Source of the DNA: Clostridia bacterium
GTDB taxonomy: Bacteria > Bacillota > Clostridia > Oscillospirales > QAMX01
Length of the DNA: 64,000 nt
Direction: 5' to 3'
Assembly (NCBI GenBank): GCA_017441705.1
Contig: JAFRWU010000056.1
Coordinates: 3,768-67,767 of the forward strand
The notes under the pieces were generated by a model that was not told where the DNA came from, did not search any database, and was given only the letters and a program-made list of their open reading frames with translations. The stretch's first letter is position 1. Every line of letters begins with the position of its first letter. This document shows, in pieces, positions 46,413 to 56,047 of the stretch. The position numbers were made by a program, and so were the translations under genes.

Positions 46413-48848
46413 TCAAAGCAGGGTGATGAATTTGACGGCGGTTTTCGCCATGAATTTCTTTTCGGTCCCGTCGTCGAACCGGACCGTGACCAGCATATCG
46501 CCGCCCATGGGAAGCGACTGGATGACCTTGCCCGGACCGAATACCGCGTGGGAGATCCGCGCTCCGGCGCGGAGGCTTGCGATCGGGATCGCATCGTCCC
46601 GCTCTTCCCGGATCCCGGCGATCCCCGCCCGGGAAACGCGGCCGCCGTACCGGGGGACGATACGCGCGCTCCGGGACGCGGGAACGGCGAAAAGACCGTC
46701 TTCCCCGGCCTTTGCGCGGAAGGAAGCGGAGGACCCGGCACGGGTCTTCGGAAGCCTTTCCAGAAGGTCGTCAGGGATCTCGTCCAGAAAGCGGGAGGGC
46801 ATGTTGGCGGCGGTGTGTCCGAAGAGCATCCGCCGCCGGGCGCAGAGAAGGGTCAGATGCTTTTTGGCGCGGGTGATGCCCACGTAGGCGAGCCGCCGTT
46901 CTTCCTCCAGATCCTCAGGCTCCGAGGAGGAGCGGTAGGAGGGGAAGATGTCCTCCTCCATGCCGCAGATGTACACGGAGGGGAACTCCAGTCCCTTGGC
47001 GTTGTGAATGGTCATCAGGATCACCGCGTCGGCGGTTTCGTCGTATTTGTCGATGTCCGAAATCAGCGAGACCTCCGAGAGAAAATCCTCCAGGCTCGGA
47101 TCCTCGTGGGACGAGACGTATTCGATCAGGTTGGATTTCATCTCGTCGATGTTTTCCAGGCGGGATTTGGCTTCCTCGTCGTTTTTGATCTCGTACATCT
47201 GCCGGTACCCGGTGGCGTCCAGCATGGCGTCGTAGAGATCCGGGAGCGACGCGGTGAGCGAAAGCTCGGAAAGCTTGTCGATCATTTCAAAGAAGCGCGC
47301 GATCGCCTTGGCCGGGCGGGCGAGCGGGGGATAGAAGGCGGCGTTCCGGAGGACGTCGATCAGGGATACGCCGTTTTCGGCGGCGACGGCGCGGGCCTTG
47401 TCCAGCGTCGCGTCCGAAATGCCCCGGGTGGGCACGTTGACGACGCGGGTCAGGCGCAGCTCGTCCGACGGGTTTGCGATGATCTGCAGATAAGCCAGGA
47501 CGTCCCGGATCTCGGCCCGGTCGTAAAAACGCGTGCCGCCCACCATCCGGTAGGGCACGGCGTTTTCACGGAGCGCGCGCTCCAGGGCGTTGGACTGGGC
47601 GTTCATGCGGTAAAGCACCGCGTGATCGCTCCATTTGCCGTTCTGCAGCCGGGCCTGCAGGATCTTTTCGGCGATATAGCGGGCTTCGCCGTTTTCGTCC
47701 TCGGCGGTATAGAGCGTGACCTTGTCTCCCGGCTTGTCCGCGGTCCAGAGGGATTTTCCCTTGCGGCCCCGGTTATGGGCGATGACGGCGTTGGCGGCGT
47801 TGAGGATGTTGCCGGTGGAACGGTAATTCTGCTCCAGCTTGATCACCCTTGCGCCGGGGTATTCCTTTTCAAAGTCCAGGATGTTCCGGATGGTGGCGCC
47901 GCGGAAACGGTAGATCGACTGATCGTCGTCTCCCACCACGCACAGGTTCTGACTGCCCGAGGCGAGAAGGGAGGTCAGACGGTACTGAGCGTAATTCGTA
48001 TCCTGATACTCATCCACCAGAATGTAGCGGAAGCGCCGCTGATAATAGGAGAGAACGTCGGGGAAATCCTCCAGAAGCCGGACGGTGTTCAGGATCAGAT
48101 CGTCGAAATCCATGGCGCTGGCGCTTTTCAATCTCGCGGCATAAGCGTCGTAAAGCCTTGCGATCACCGAAAGGCGGTAATCGCTTCCCACGCTCTTCCG
48201 GTAAGCCTCGGGGGACAGAAGGCTGTCCTTCGCCCGGGAGATCTCGGAGAGAACGCTCTTGGGAGGAAACTGCGTGGTAGAGATCCCCCGGTCCTTCATG
48301 ATCTCCTTCATGGCGCGGAGCTGGTCGTCGGTGTCGTAGATGGTAAAGGACGACGCGTAGCCGAGTTTTTCCGCGTGTCTTCTGAGGATGCGCACGCAGG
48401 TGGAATGGAAGGTGGCGGCCCAGACGTCGTCGGCCGCAGGACCGACGGCCCGGCGGATGCGCGCTTTCATTTCGGACGCCGCTTTGTTGGTGAAGGTGAT
48501 GGCAAGGACCTGCCACGGCTCGCACTTTTCAACCGAGAAGACCGCCTCGGCGCTCACAGGATCGAGAGACGCGTGAGGATCCTCCATCCCCGAGAGCGTT
48601 TCGACGTCCTCGTCTTTCAGATCGACCGGCGTCAGATCGCTTTCGTAGGCGTTCCCGAACCGGAGCAGATAGGCGATCCGGGCCACCAGAACGGTGGTCT
48701 TTCCGCTTCCGGCTCCCGCCAGGACCAAAAGAGGACCTTCCACGGCAAAGACGGCCTTTTTCTGCATGTCGTTGAGATAACCGTATTCTTCCTCCAGATA
48801 AAGGCGGCGCAGACGGAGGTATTCGCTGACGTTTTCGATCCCCGGCAT
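46413..48848 (-). CDS. pcrA: ATP-dependent DNA helicase PcrA/UvrD (start may be 48863)
   Basis: AGAGSGKT, TFTNKAA, DEYQD, GDDDQSIY, LEQNYRS, TIHNAKGLEF, EERRLAYVGITRA, C-terminal H..FG.G domain. Confidence 0.96.
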   Translation of the reverse strand: MPGIENVSEYLRLRRLYLEEEYGYLNDMQKKAVFAVEGPLLVLAGAGSGKTTVLVARIAYLLRFGNAYESDLTPVDLKDEDVETLSGMEDPHASLDPVSAEAVFSVEKCEPWQVLAITFTNKAASEMKARIRRAVGPAADDVWAATFHSTCVRILRRHAEKLGYASSFTIYDTDDQLRAMKEIMKDRGISTTQFPPKSVLSEISRAKDSLLSPEAYRKSVGSDYRLSVIARLYDAYAARLKSASAMDFDDLILNTVRLLEDFPDVLSYYQRRFRYILVDEYQDTNYAQYRLTSLLASGSQNLCVVGDDDQSIYRFRGATIRNILDFEKEYPGARVIKLEQNYRSTGNILNAANAVIAHNRGRKGKSLWTADKPGDKVTLYTAEDENGEARYIAEKILQARLQNGKWSDHAVLYRMNAQSNALERALRENAVPYRMVGGTRFYDRAEIRDVLAYLQIIANPSDELRLTRVVNVPTRGISDATLDKARAVAAENGVSLIDVLRNAAFYPPLARPAKAIARFFEMIDKLSELSLTASLPDLYDAMLDATGYRQMYEIKNDEEAKSRLENIDEMKSNLIEYVSSHEDPSLEDFLSEVSLISDIDKYDETADAVILMTIHNAKGLEFPSVYICGMEEDIFPSYRSSSEPEDLEEERRLAYVGITRAKKHLTLLCARRRMLFGHTAANMPSRFLDEIPDDLLERLPKTRAGSSASFRAKAGEDGLFAVPASRSARIVPRYGGRVSRAGIAGIREERDDAIPIASLRAGARISHAVFGPGKVIQSLPMGGDMLVTVRFDDGTEKKFMAKTAVKFITLL

Positions 48849-48900
48849 AAGGCTACTTCCCATCGTTTCCCGGCGGCAGAGACGGCCGCTGTTTTTCCCT

Positions 48901-49003
48901 ATTATACAGGAAACGGCTCTCTTTGGCAAGCCGGGGTTTCTTCCTCGCGCCGGCGAACGGCCGCGAAAAAGAGATGGACGGCGGCGGAAAAAGGGTGTAT
49001 AAT
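48901..49003. promoter_or_regulatory. Divergent sigma-A promoters (pcrA and C26 peptidase operon)
   Basis: Minus strand TTGCCA-17-TATAAT (48901-48929); plus strand TGGACG-17-TATAAT (48975-49003). Confidence 0.7.
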
Positions 49004-49058
49004 AACAAAAACGGAAATCCGTCCGGATCTGTTTGCGGACGGGGAAAGGGTGGGATCT

Positions 49059-49757
49059 ATGTCGGCTCGGCCCCTGATCGCGGTCACTGCGACGCCGGAG
49101 GAGGGACGCATGTCGCTTCCCGTCCGGTATTTCGAGGCGCTTTGGGACGCGGGCGCCATGCCCGTCGCGCTCCCGCACGGCGCTGACTGGACACGTATCG
49201 AAGAATACGCCGACCGCTTCGGGGGATTCCTCTTTTCCGGGGGCGGGGACGTCGATCCGAAGTATTACGGGGAGGAGCCTTCCCCGAAGCTCGGAAGCGT
49301 TTCCGAAGAGAGAGACCGGTTTGAATTTGCGCTGTTGTCTTCGGTGATGATCCGGGAAAAGCCCGTCTTCGGCATCTGCCGGGGAGAGCAGCTTCTGAAC
49401 GTCGGCCTCGGCGGGAGCCTGTTCCAGCATATCGAGGGGCACGCCAGGACTTCTCCCGACGGGCCCTGGATCTGGCACCGGGTGACGGTCAGACCGGGAA
49501 ACCTTCTTGCCGACATCGTGGGAGCCGGCCCGCTCCGGGTCAATTCCTCCCATCATCAGGCGGTGAAAGCCGAAGCGAAGCCGCTCCGGATCGCGGCAGA
49601 GAACGAGGAGGGCATCACGGAGGGCTTTGATCTTCCGGGGCATCCTTTCTTCCTGGGAGTACAGTGGCATCCCGAGGTATATTATAAAGAGGACGAGAAG
49701 GCGGCCGCGCTTTTCCGCGCGTTTACGGAGGCGTGCCGCGGAAAGGAAGGGGCATGA
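49059..49757 (+). CDS. Gamma-glutamyl-gamma-aminobutyrate hydrolase family (peptidase C26, class I GATase)
   Basis: SGGGDVDP, ERD.FE, GICRG.Q nucleophile, VNSSHHQ, GVQWHPE. Confidence 0.92.
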   Translation: MSARPLIAVTATPEEGRMSLPVRYFEALWDAGAMPVALPHGADWTRIEEYADRFGGFLFSGGGDVDPKYYGEEPSPKLGSVSEERDRFEFALLSSVMIREKPVFGICRGEQLLNVGLGGSLFQHIEGHARTSPDGPWIWHRVTVRPGNLLADIVGAGPLRVNSSHHQAVKAEAKPLRIAAENEEGITEGFDLPGHPFFLGVQWHPEVYYKEDEKAAALFRAFTEACRGKEGA

Positions 49758-51037
49758 TGGCAAAAACCGTCAGAGAACCCGCCCGGGAGATCCCCGTCGC
49801 GGCCGAGGTCGACGTGCTGGTGATCGGCGCGGGCCCCGCGGGGCTCGGCGCGGCGATCGCCGCCGCCCGCAGCGGCGCAAAGGTCCTGGTCCTGGAACAG
49901 AGCGGCATGCCCGGCGGCGTTTCCACAGCGGGGCTGATGAGCCATTGGACCGGCACCTCCGGCAGCAGGCTTTACCGGGAGGTCCTTCGCCGCTCGGCGG
50001 AGATGAACGAGGGGGAGCTTCACGGCAGACCCGTGATCGAGATCGACCCGGAAAAGCTGAAGCTTCTGTATCTTGAGATGCTGGAGGAAGCCGGGGCTGC
50101 GCTCCGGCTGTATACCTTCGTTTCCGAACCGGTCATGGAAAGGGACAGGATCCTCGGCGTGATCGCCGAAAGCAAATCGGGCCGGGAAGCTTTCCTGGCG
50201 AAGATCGTGATCGACGCCTCGGGCGACGGCGACGTGGCGGCAAAGGCCGGCGTCCCCTACACGCTCGGCCGCGAGGAGGATCACAAAATGCAGCCTGCGA
50301 CCCTGATGTTCAAGGTTGCCGGAGTGGATACCGAAAGAGCCGTGTTCCTGCCGAGCTTTGAATCCACTTACGAGACGCCGAAGGGCGAGCTGCAGGCTCT
50401 GGCGCGGGAAAAGCTGCCGCATCCCGCGGGTCACGTGCTTCTCTACCGCTCGACCCTTCCGGGGATCGTCACCTGCAATATGACCAACTGCACCGGCGTC
50501 GACGGCACGAAGGCGGAGGACCTGACGCGTGCGGAGATCGTCTGCCGCCGGCAGATCTACGCCATCGAGGCGTTTCTCCGGGAATACGTGCCGGGATATG
50601 AAAACTGCTACGTCATTTCGGCGGCGCCGATGGTGGGGATCCGGGAGACCCGGCATTTCGAGGGACGGTATACCCTGACCGGCGAGGATATCCTGGCGGC
50701 CAGGACCTTTGACGACTGGATCGTGCGCGGCGCGCATTTCAATTTCGACGTGCACAATCTGGACGGCGCGGGCCTTGACAGGACCGGCGCCCAGAAGGAA
50801 TTTCCCGAGGTGGGCGGCTATACGATCCCGTACCGGTCTCTGCTGCCGAAAAAGATCAAAGGTCTGATGCTGGCGGGACGGAACATCTCCGGCACGCACA
50901 TGGCGCATTCCAACTTCCGCGTCATGCCCATCTGCCTCGCCATGGGCGAAGGCGCCGGGACCTGCGCGGCTCTGGCGATCCGGGACGGGGTGGATCCCGA
51001 CGGGATCGACGTCCGGGAAGCGCAGGCGCTGCTCTGA
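49754..51037 (+). CDS. FAD-dependent oxidoreductase (FAD_oxidored family)
   Basis: DVLVIGAGPAG, IDASGDGD, GIRETR, IPYRSLLP, AGRNIS, RVMPIC..MGEGAG. Confidence 0.9.
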   Translation: MMAKTVREPAREIPVAAEVDVLVIGAGPAGLGAAIAAARSGAKVLVLEQSGMPGGVSTAGLMSHWTGTSGSRLYREVLRRSAEMNEGELHGRPVIEIDPEKLKLLYLEMLEEAGAALRLYTFVSEPVMERDRILGVIAESKSGREAFLAKIVIDASGDGDVAAKAGVPYTLGREEDHKMQPATLMFKVAGVDTERAVFLPSFESTYETPKGELQALAREKLPHPAGHVLLYRSTLPGIVTCNMTNCTGVDGTKAEDLTRAEIVCRRQIYAIEAFLREYVPGYENCYVISAAPMVGIRETRHFEGRYTLTGEDILAARTFDDWIVRGAHFNFDVHNLDGAGLDRTGAQKEFPEVGGYTIPYRSLLPKKIKGLMLAGRNISGTHMAHSNFRVMPICLAMGEGAGTCAALAIRDGVDPDGIDVREAQALL

Positions 51038-51061
51038 TCAAAGACAAAGGAGGTCCGGAAG

Positions 51062-53371
51062 ATGAAGGACGGCCATTTTCTCTTTTACGATCGCCCTGCC
51101 GGTTACTGGCAGGAGGCCCTGCCGCTCGGGAACGGCAGCCTCGGCGCCATGGTATTCGGCGGCGTCTTTGAAGAAAAGATCTCGCTGAACCACGACACGC
51201 TCTGGAGCGGGCGCCCGGGTCTGGAAAACGGATTCCCGGGAACAAACGACTATTCCGCGTCCCGCGCGGAAATCTACCGGAAGGCGAGAGAACTCTCGCT
51301 CGCCGGGAAAAACGCGGAAGCGGAAAAGCTTCTGGAGGAAAAATTCGAGGGCGAGGACTCCGAGGCCTATCTGCCCCTCGGCGATCTTTTGCTGGACTTC
51401 GGGGAAAGGCAGGATTTTTCGGGTTACCGCCGTACCCTCGATCTTTCCCGCGCCGTGGCGGAAACGGGATTCCGGGCAAACGGGAAGGAAAGGATCCGCC
51501 GCGCCTTCGTTTCACATCCCGACGGCGTCCTGGTCCTCACGATCCGGAGCGAAGAGGCGGAAACATTCCGGCTCTCCTTCTCGTCGCCCCTGAAAAGCGA
51601 AACCGGCTGCCGGGAAGGAGTCCTGCTTCTCACGGGCGAAGCGCCGTCCTATTACGACCGGCGGCACGAGGAACGGGCCCACCGGTATCTGCCCGAAGAG
51701 GAAAACCGCGGGATGCGTTTCGCCGCGGCTCTTTCGGTCCGATCCGACGGGGAGACGGCGGTCACGCAGGACGCGGTATCCGTGAAAAACGCGAAAAACA
51801 GCGTGATCCTGCTCGCCGCCGGAACCAGCTTTCGGGGCTTTGACCGGCATCCGCATCTTGAGGGAAAGGACCCGGTCCCGGATCTCCTGGAAACGCTGAA
51901 AAAGGCGGAGAGGATCCCGGCGGAGGAGCTTCTGGCGCGCCACGAGGCCGATCACCGGGCATTTTACGACCGGGTGGATCTGGATCTCGGGAGCGACGGG
52001 AAGGAGGAGCTTCCTACCGACGAACGGCTGAAGGCCTTTCTGAAAGACAAAAACGACCGCGGTCTTTACACGCTGATCTTCAATTTCGGCCGCTATCTGA
52101 TGATCGCCGGCTCCCGGGCGGGAAGCGAGCCTTTGAATCTGCAGGGGATCTGGAACGATCAGCCGATTCCTCCCTGGAACGCCAACTATACCACCAACAT
52201 CAATACGGAGATGAACTACTGGCCGGCGCTCCCCACGGGCCTTTTCGAGATGACCGAGCCTCTGACCCGCATGATCCGGGAGCTCCGGGTCACCGGACGG
52301 AGGACGGCGGAGCAGTATTACGGCGCGCCGGGCTTTACGGTGCACCACAATTCCGATCTCTGGCGCCATTCGGTCCCGGTGCAGGGCCTGGCGCAGTGGT
52401 CCTTCTGGCCGATGGGATCGGGATGGCTCTGCCGGCATCTTTACGAGTATTATGCCTATACCGGCGACAAGGAATTCCTGAAAAACGAGGCTTATCCCGC
52501 GATGCGGGAGGCGGCGGAATTCTATCTTGCGCTCCTCACGGACGACGGAAAGGGAAGACTGATCCTCGCCCCGTCGACTTCGCCCGAAAACGGCTACCGG
52601 AAGGACGGGAAGAGGATCACGGTGTCGGAAACCACCGCCATGACGGCGGAGATCCTGGCGGATCTCTTCCGGAATCTTCTGGCCTCGGAAAAGGCTCTCG
52701 GCATATCGGAGCTCACTCCGAAGCTGCAGAAGGTCCTGGAAAAGCTCTGGATGCCGGGGATCGGCAGCCGCGGACAACTCAACGAGTGGTATTCCGAGGA
52801 GGAGGACGACGAGCCGCATCACCGCCACGTCTCCCATCTCTACGGGCTTTATCCCGCGGCGCTTTTTACGGAGGACACGCCCTCCTATCTGGAAGCGTGC
52901 AAAAGATCGCTGGAAGAGAGAGGGGACGACGGGACGGGCTGGTCGCTCGGATGGAAGATCAATCTCTGGGCGCGCCTGTCGGACGGAGATCACGCGCTGA
53001 AGCTTCTGGACACGCAGCTCCGCTACAAGGCGCCGGAAGGCACCGGATACAATATGGTCAACGGGGGAGGGACCTACCCCAATCTCTTCGACGCGCATCC
53101 GCCTTTCCAGATCGACGGCAATTTTGCCTGCGTTTCGGGGATCGCCGAAATGCTTCTCCGGTCCGGGGAGGATAAGATCGTGCTTCTGCCGGCGCTGCCG
53201 GCCCGGTGGAAGGACGGCTCGGTCAGAGGGCTTCGCGCGAAGGGAGGGCTGATTTTCTCCTTCGCATGGCGTGAAGGGAAACTCACCGGCCTGAGGATCG
53301 AAGGGAAAACCGGAGAAATGCCGCCGGTCTTTTATCAGGGACGGGAACTCGATCCCGCAAGCGTATCGTAA
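51062..53371 (+). CDS. Glycoside hydrolase family 95 (alpha-L-fucosidase/galactosidase)
   Basis: ALPLGNG, NLQGIWN, YTTNINTEMNYW, HRHVSHL, HPPFQIDGN; no signal peptide. Confidence 0.95.
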   Translation: MKDGHFLFYDRPAGYWQEALPLGNGSLGAMVFGGVFEEKISLNHDTLWSGRPGLENGFPGTNDYSASRAEIYRKARELSLAGKNAEAEKLLEEKFEGEDSEAYLPLGDLLLDFGERQDFSGYRRTLDLSRAVAETGFRANGKERIRRAFVSHPDGVLVLTIRSEEAETFRLSFSSPLKSETGCREGVLLLTGEAPSYYDRRHEERAHRYLPEEENRGMRFAAALSVRSDGETAVTQDAVSVKNAKNSVILLAAGTSFRGFDRHPHLEGKDPVPDLLETLKKAERIPAEELLARHEADHRAFYDRVDLDLGSDGKEELPTDERLKAFLKDKNDRGLYTLIFNFGRYLMIAGSRAGSEPLNLQGIWNDQPIPPWNANYTTNINTEMNYWPALPTGLFEMTEPLTRMIRELRVTGRRTAEQYYGAPGFTVHHNSDLWRHSVPVQGLAQWSFWPMGSGWLCRHLYEYYAYTGDKEFLKNEAYPAMREAAEFYLALLTDDGKGRLILAPSTSPENGYRKDGKRITVSETTAMTAEILADLFRNLLASEKALGISELTPKLQKVLEKLWMPGIGSRGQLNEWYSEEEDDEPHHRHVSHLYGLYPAALFTEDTPSYLEACKRSLEERGDDGTGWSLGWKINLWARLSDGDHALKLLDTQLRYKAPEGTGYNMVNGGGTYPNLFDAHPPFQIDGNFACVSGIAEMLLRSGEDKIVLLPALPARWKDGSVRGLRAKGGLIFSFAWREGKLTGLRIEGKTGEMPPVFYQGRELDPASVS

Positions 53372-53410
53372 TCATGACGGCAACCGTCTGAGAATAAAGG
53401 AGGAAGAATC

Positions 53411-53749
53411 ATGAATCAAGTGCCTTATCAACCGATGCAGCCGCAGACCACCGTCGTTCAGGTCCAGCAGCCGCAGATCCCCGCGGAGTACAAGCCTATC
53501 GGCGCCTGGGCGTTTTTCGGCTGGCAGCTTCTCTTCAATCTGCCGATCGTAGGGACTATTATGATCCTGGTTTTCGCGCTGGGCGGAACGGCGAATATCA
53601 ACCTCAAAAACTTCGCCCGCTCTTACCTGATCGCCTGGCTCATTATCGGCGGGATCGTTCTGCTCACCTTCCTGGTCATTTTGCTCATCGCGCTGATCAC
53701 GGGGGTGGGGATCTCGGCGCTCATCCCGTGGGATGAGATCATGCGGTAG
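53411..53749 (+). CDS. Small hypothetical membrane protein
   Basis: AAAGGAGG RBS, Q/P-rich N-terminus, two to three TM helices, N.NLKNFARSYL motif. Confidence 0.75.
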   Translation: MNQVPYQPMQPQTTVVQVQQPQIPAEYKPIGAWAFFGWQLLFNLPIVGTIMILVFALGGTANINLKNFARSYLIAWLIIGGIVLLTFLVILLIALITGVGISALIPWDEIMR

Positions 53750-53775
53750 GTTCGCTAAAAAAACCGCGGCGCCTC

Positions 53776-53805
53776 TTGCACACAGGATCGCCGGTGTGGT
53801 ATAAT
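53776..53805 (+). promoter_or_regulatory. sigma-A promoter for the dehydratase gene
   Basis: TTGCAC-18 bp-TATAAT with TG extension. Confidence 0.7.
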
Positions 53806-53862
53806 ACTTACGGCCATACCGACAAATGCGGCTCACGCCGCCGAAAAGAAAGGAAGTCAAAA

Positions 53863-55059
53863 ATGAGCAACGTAACCATTCGTGACGTGCGCGCCATCTG
53901 CACCGCACCGGAGCGGATCAACCTCATCGTCGTAAAGGTCGAAACCAGCGAACCGGGTCTCTACGGCCTCGGCTGCGCGACCTTCGCCTACAGACACGAG
54001 CTGGTTGCCGACTTCGTCGACAAGTACCTCAAGCCCCTCCTGGTCGGCCGCGACGTCTCCAATATCGAAGACCTTTGGCAGATGATGATGCACAATTCCT
54101 ACTGGCGCAACGGGCCCATCACCAACAACGCGATTTCCGGCGTCGATATGGCGCTCTGGGACATCAAGGGCAAGATGGCCAATATGCCGGTGTACGATCT
54201 GCTCGGCGGCAAGTGCCGCGAAGCGGCGCCGATCTACCGTCACGCCGACGGCAGGACCAAGGAAGACGTCATCGAAAGAGCGCGCCAGTTCATCGACGAC
54301 GGCATCTCCCACGTCCGCATCCAGTGGGGCGGCTACGGCGGGAACAAGCAGGTCAAGGAAGGCCCGTCTCTCAGCGGCCTGTACAGCGATCCCGACGCCT
54401 ATATCCGCAACACCGTCGAAATCTTCGAATATGCCCGCAAGGAGCTGGGCGACGCCGTCGAGCTCTGCCACGACGTCCATGAAAGGATCACCCCGTCCGA
54501 CGCGGTCCGCCTCGCCAAGAGACTCGAACCCTACCGCCTGTTCTTCCTGGAGGACGCGCTCGCTCCCGAACAGTGCGATTATTTCCGCAACATCCGCGCC
54601 GTCACCTCCACTCCTCTCGCCATGGGCGAGCTCTTCAACAACCCCAAGGAGTGGGATTATCTGATCGCCAACCGTCTGATCGACTTCATCCGCTGCCATA
54701 TCAGCCAGATCGGCGGCATCACGCCGGCCAAGAAGCTCGCGGTCTTCTGCGAAGCCTTCGGCATCCGCACCGCCTGGCACGGCCCCGGCGACGTCTCCCC
54801 GGTGGGACACGCTGCCAACGTGCATCTTGACCTGTGCAGCTGGAACTTCGGTATCCAGGAATGGGGCATCCGCGAAGGCATCCTCAATGAAGTCTTCCCG
54901 GGCACCCCGGTGGCGAAGAACGGCTACGTTACCGTCAGCGACAAGCCGGGCCTCGGCGTCGATCTCGACGAGGAGCTCGCCAAGAAGTATCCCGCGGTCA
55001 ATACGGTCACCTTCTGGACCCAGAACCGCCTGCCCGACGGGACCTTCCAGCGTCCGTAA
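53863..55059 (+). CDS. Enolase-superfamily acid-sugar dehydratase (ManD/RspA subgroup)
   Basis: YWRNGP, SGVDMALWDIKGK, HDVHE, FLED, MGE, WHGPGD, IQE; strongly biased codon usage. Confidence 0.92.
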   Translation: MSNVTIRDVRAICTAPERINLIVVKVETSEPGLYGLGCATFAYRHELVADFVDKYLKPLLVGRDVSNIEDLWQMMMHNSYWRNGPITNNAISGVDMALWDIKGKMANMPVYDLLGGKCREAAPIYRHADGRTKEDVIERARQFIDDGISHVRIQWGGYGGNKQVKEGPSLSGLYSDPDAYIRNTVEIFEYARKELGDAVELCHDVHERITPSDAVRLAKRLEPYRLFFLEDALAPEQCDYFRNIRAVTSTPLAMGELFNNPKEWDYLIANRLIDFIRCHISQIGGITPAKKLAVFCEAFGIRTAWHGPGDVSPVGHAANVHLDLCSWNFGIQEWGIREGILNEVFPGTPVAKNGYVTVSDKPGLGVDLDEELAKKYPAVNTVTFWTQNRLPDGTFQRP

Positions 55060-55080
55060 CCTGTCTCCATACCGAACGCA

Positions 55081-55114
55081 AAAGGGGAGAGGCAGCCTTC
55101 TGCCTCTCCCTTTT
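55081..55114 (+). terminator. Intrinsic terminator
   Basis: GGGAGAGGCAG-cctt-CTGCCTCTCCC-TTTT. Confidence 0.85.
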
Positions 55115-55153
55115 CACTTTCCCCGCGCCGCGGGGAGAAAGCGAGGAAAAACT

Positions 55154-55873
55154 GTGTTCAGACTTACCTGGCTCGGGCAGGGGGGCTTCCTTCTGGAATG
55201 CGGATCGGGGACCCTTGCCATCGATCCGTATCTATCCGATCTGGTGGAGATTTCCGACGGCCTGAAAAGGCTGGTACCGGCGGCTTTCCCCATGGAAAGC
55301 TTCGCTCCCGACTTTATCTTTCTCACCCACGAGCATATCGACCATCTGGACAGCATTTACGTGGATCGCATGCCGAAGGGGAAAACGGTTTTTCTCTGCC
55401 CGGAGGCATGCCGGAAGATCCTTCTTGCCCACGGCGTGTCCGACGAGCGGATCCGCGTCCTGAAGGAAAACGATGAAATCACAGCGGCGGGCTTTGCGCT
55501 CCGCGCGGTTTATGCGGAGCATACCGAGGGAAGTCTCGGCGCCGTCGTCGGAAAAGACGGGCTTTCTGTCTACTTTACCGGGGATACGGTCTGGTCGGAA
55601 AGGCTCGCAGAAGGGGTAAAGGCCGACGTGATCAATACCTGCATCAACGGCAGATGGGGCAATATGAACCATGAGGAGGCGGCTCTGGTCGCAAAAAAGG
55701 TCGGCGCCCGGCTCGCGATCCCCAATCATTACGGCATGTTCCGGGAAAACACGGCCGACCCGGAGGACTTCCGACGCGCGCTGGAAGGAAGCGGGATCGC
55801 GTATTACGAAATGACCTGGAACCGGCCCTTTGATCTCCGGGAAATCTACGGGAGCCTGGTTTCGGCCGGGTGA
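55154..55873 (+). CDS. MBL-fold hydrolase, UlaG-like (lactonase family)
   Basis: TWLGQGGF, IDPYLSD, THEHIDHLD, YFTGDT, INGRWGNM, PNHYGMF. Confidence 0.85.
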   Translation: MFRLTWLGQGGFLLECGSGTLAIDPYLSDLVEISDGLKRLVPAAFPMESFAPDFIFLTHEHIDHLDSIYVDRMPKGKTVFLCPEACRKILLAHGVSDERIRVLKENDEITAAGFALRAVYAEHTEGSLGAVVGKDGLSVYFTGDTVWSERLAEGVKADVINTCINGRWGNMNHEEAALVAKKVGARLAIPNHYGMFRENTADPEDFRRALEGSGIAYYEMTWNRPFDLREIYGSLVSAG

Positions 55874-55961
55874 GGCCCTGCGTCCCGTGCGCTTCGCCGG
55901 GCAAGGGAACTTATCCGTGCGGGAAACGTCATACGGAAAAAAGACCTCGCAGATTTTCCAC

Positions 55962-55990
55962 TTGTACGGAACCGGCTTTTGTGATATAAT
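55962..55990 (+). promoter_or_regulatory. sigma-A promoter for the LCP gene
   Basis: TTGTAC-17 bp-TATAAT with TG extension. Confidence 0.7.
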
Positions 55991-56047
55991 CAATACCTGA
56001 CTTGCCCGGGCGCGCCGTCATGCCGCCCGATATCACGGGAGGTGCTT

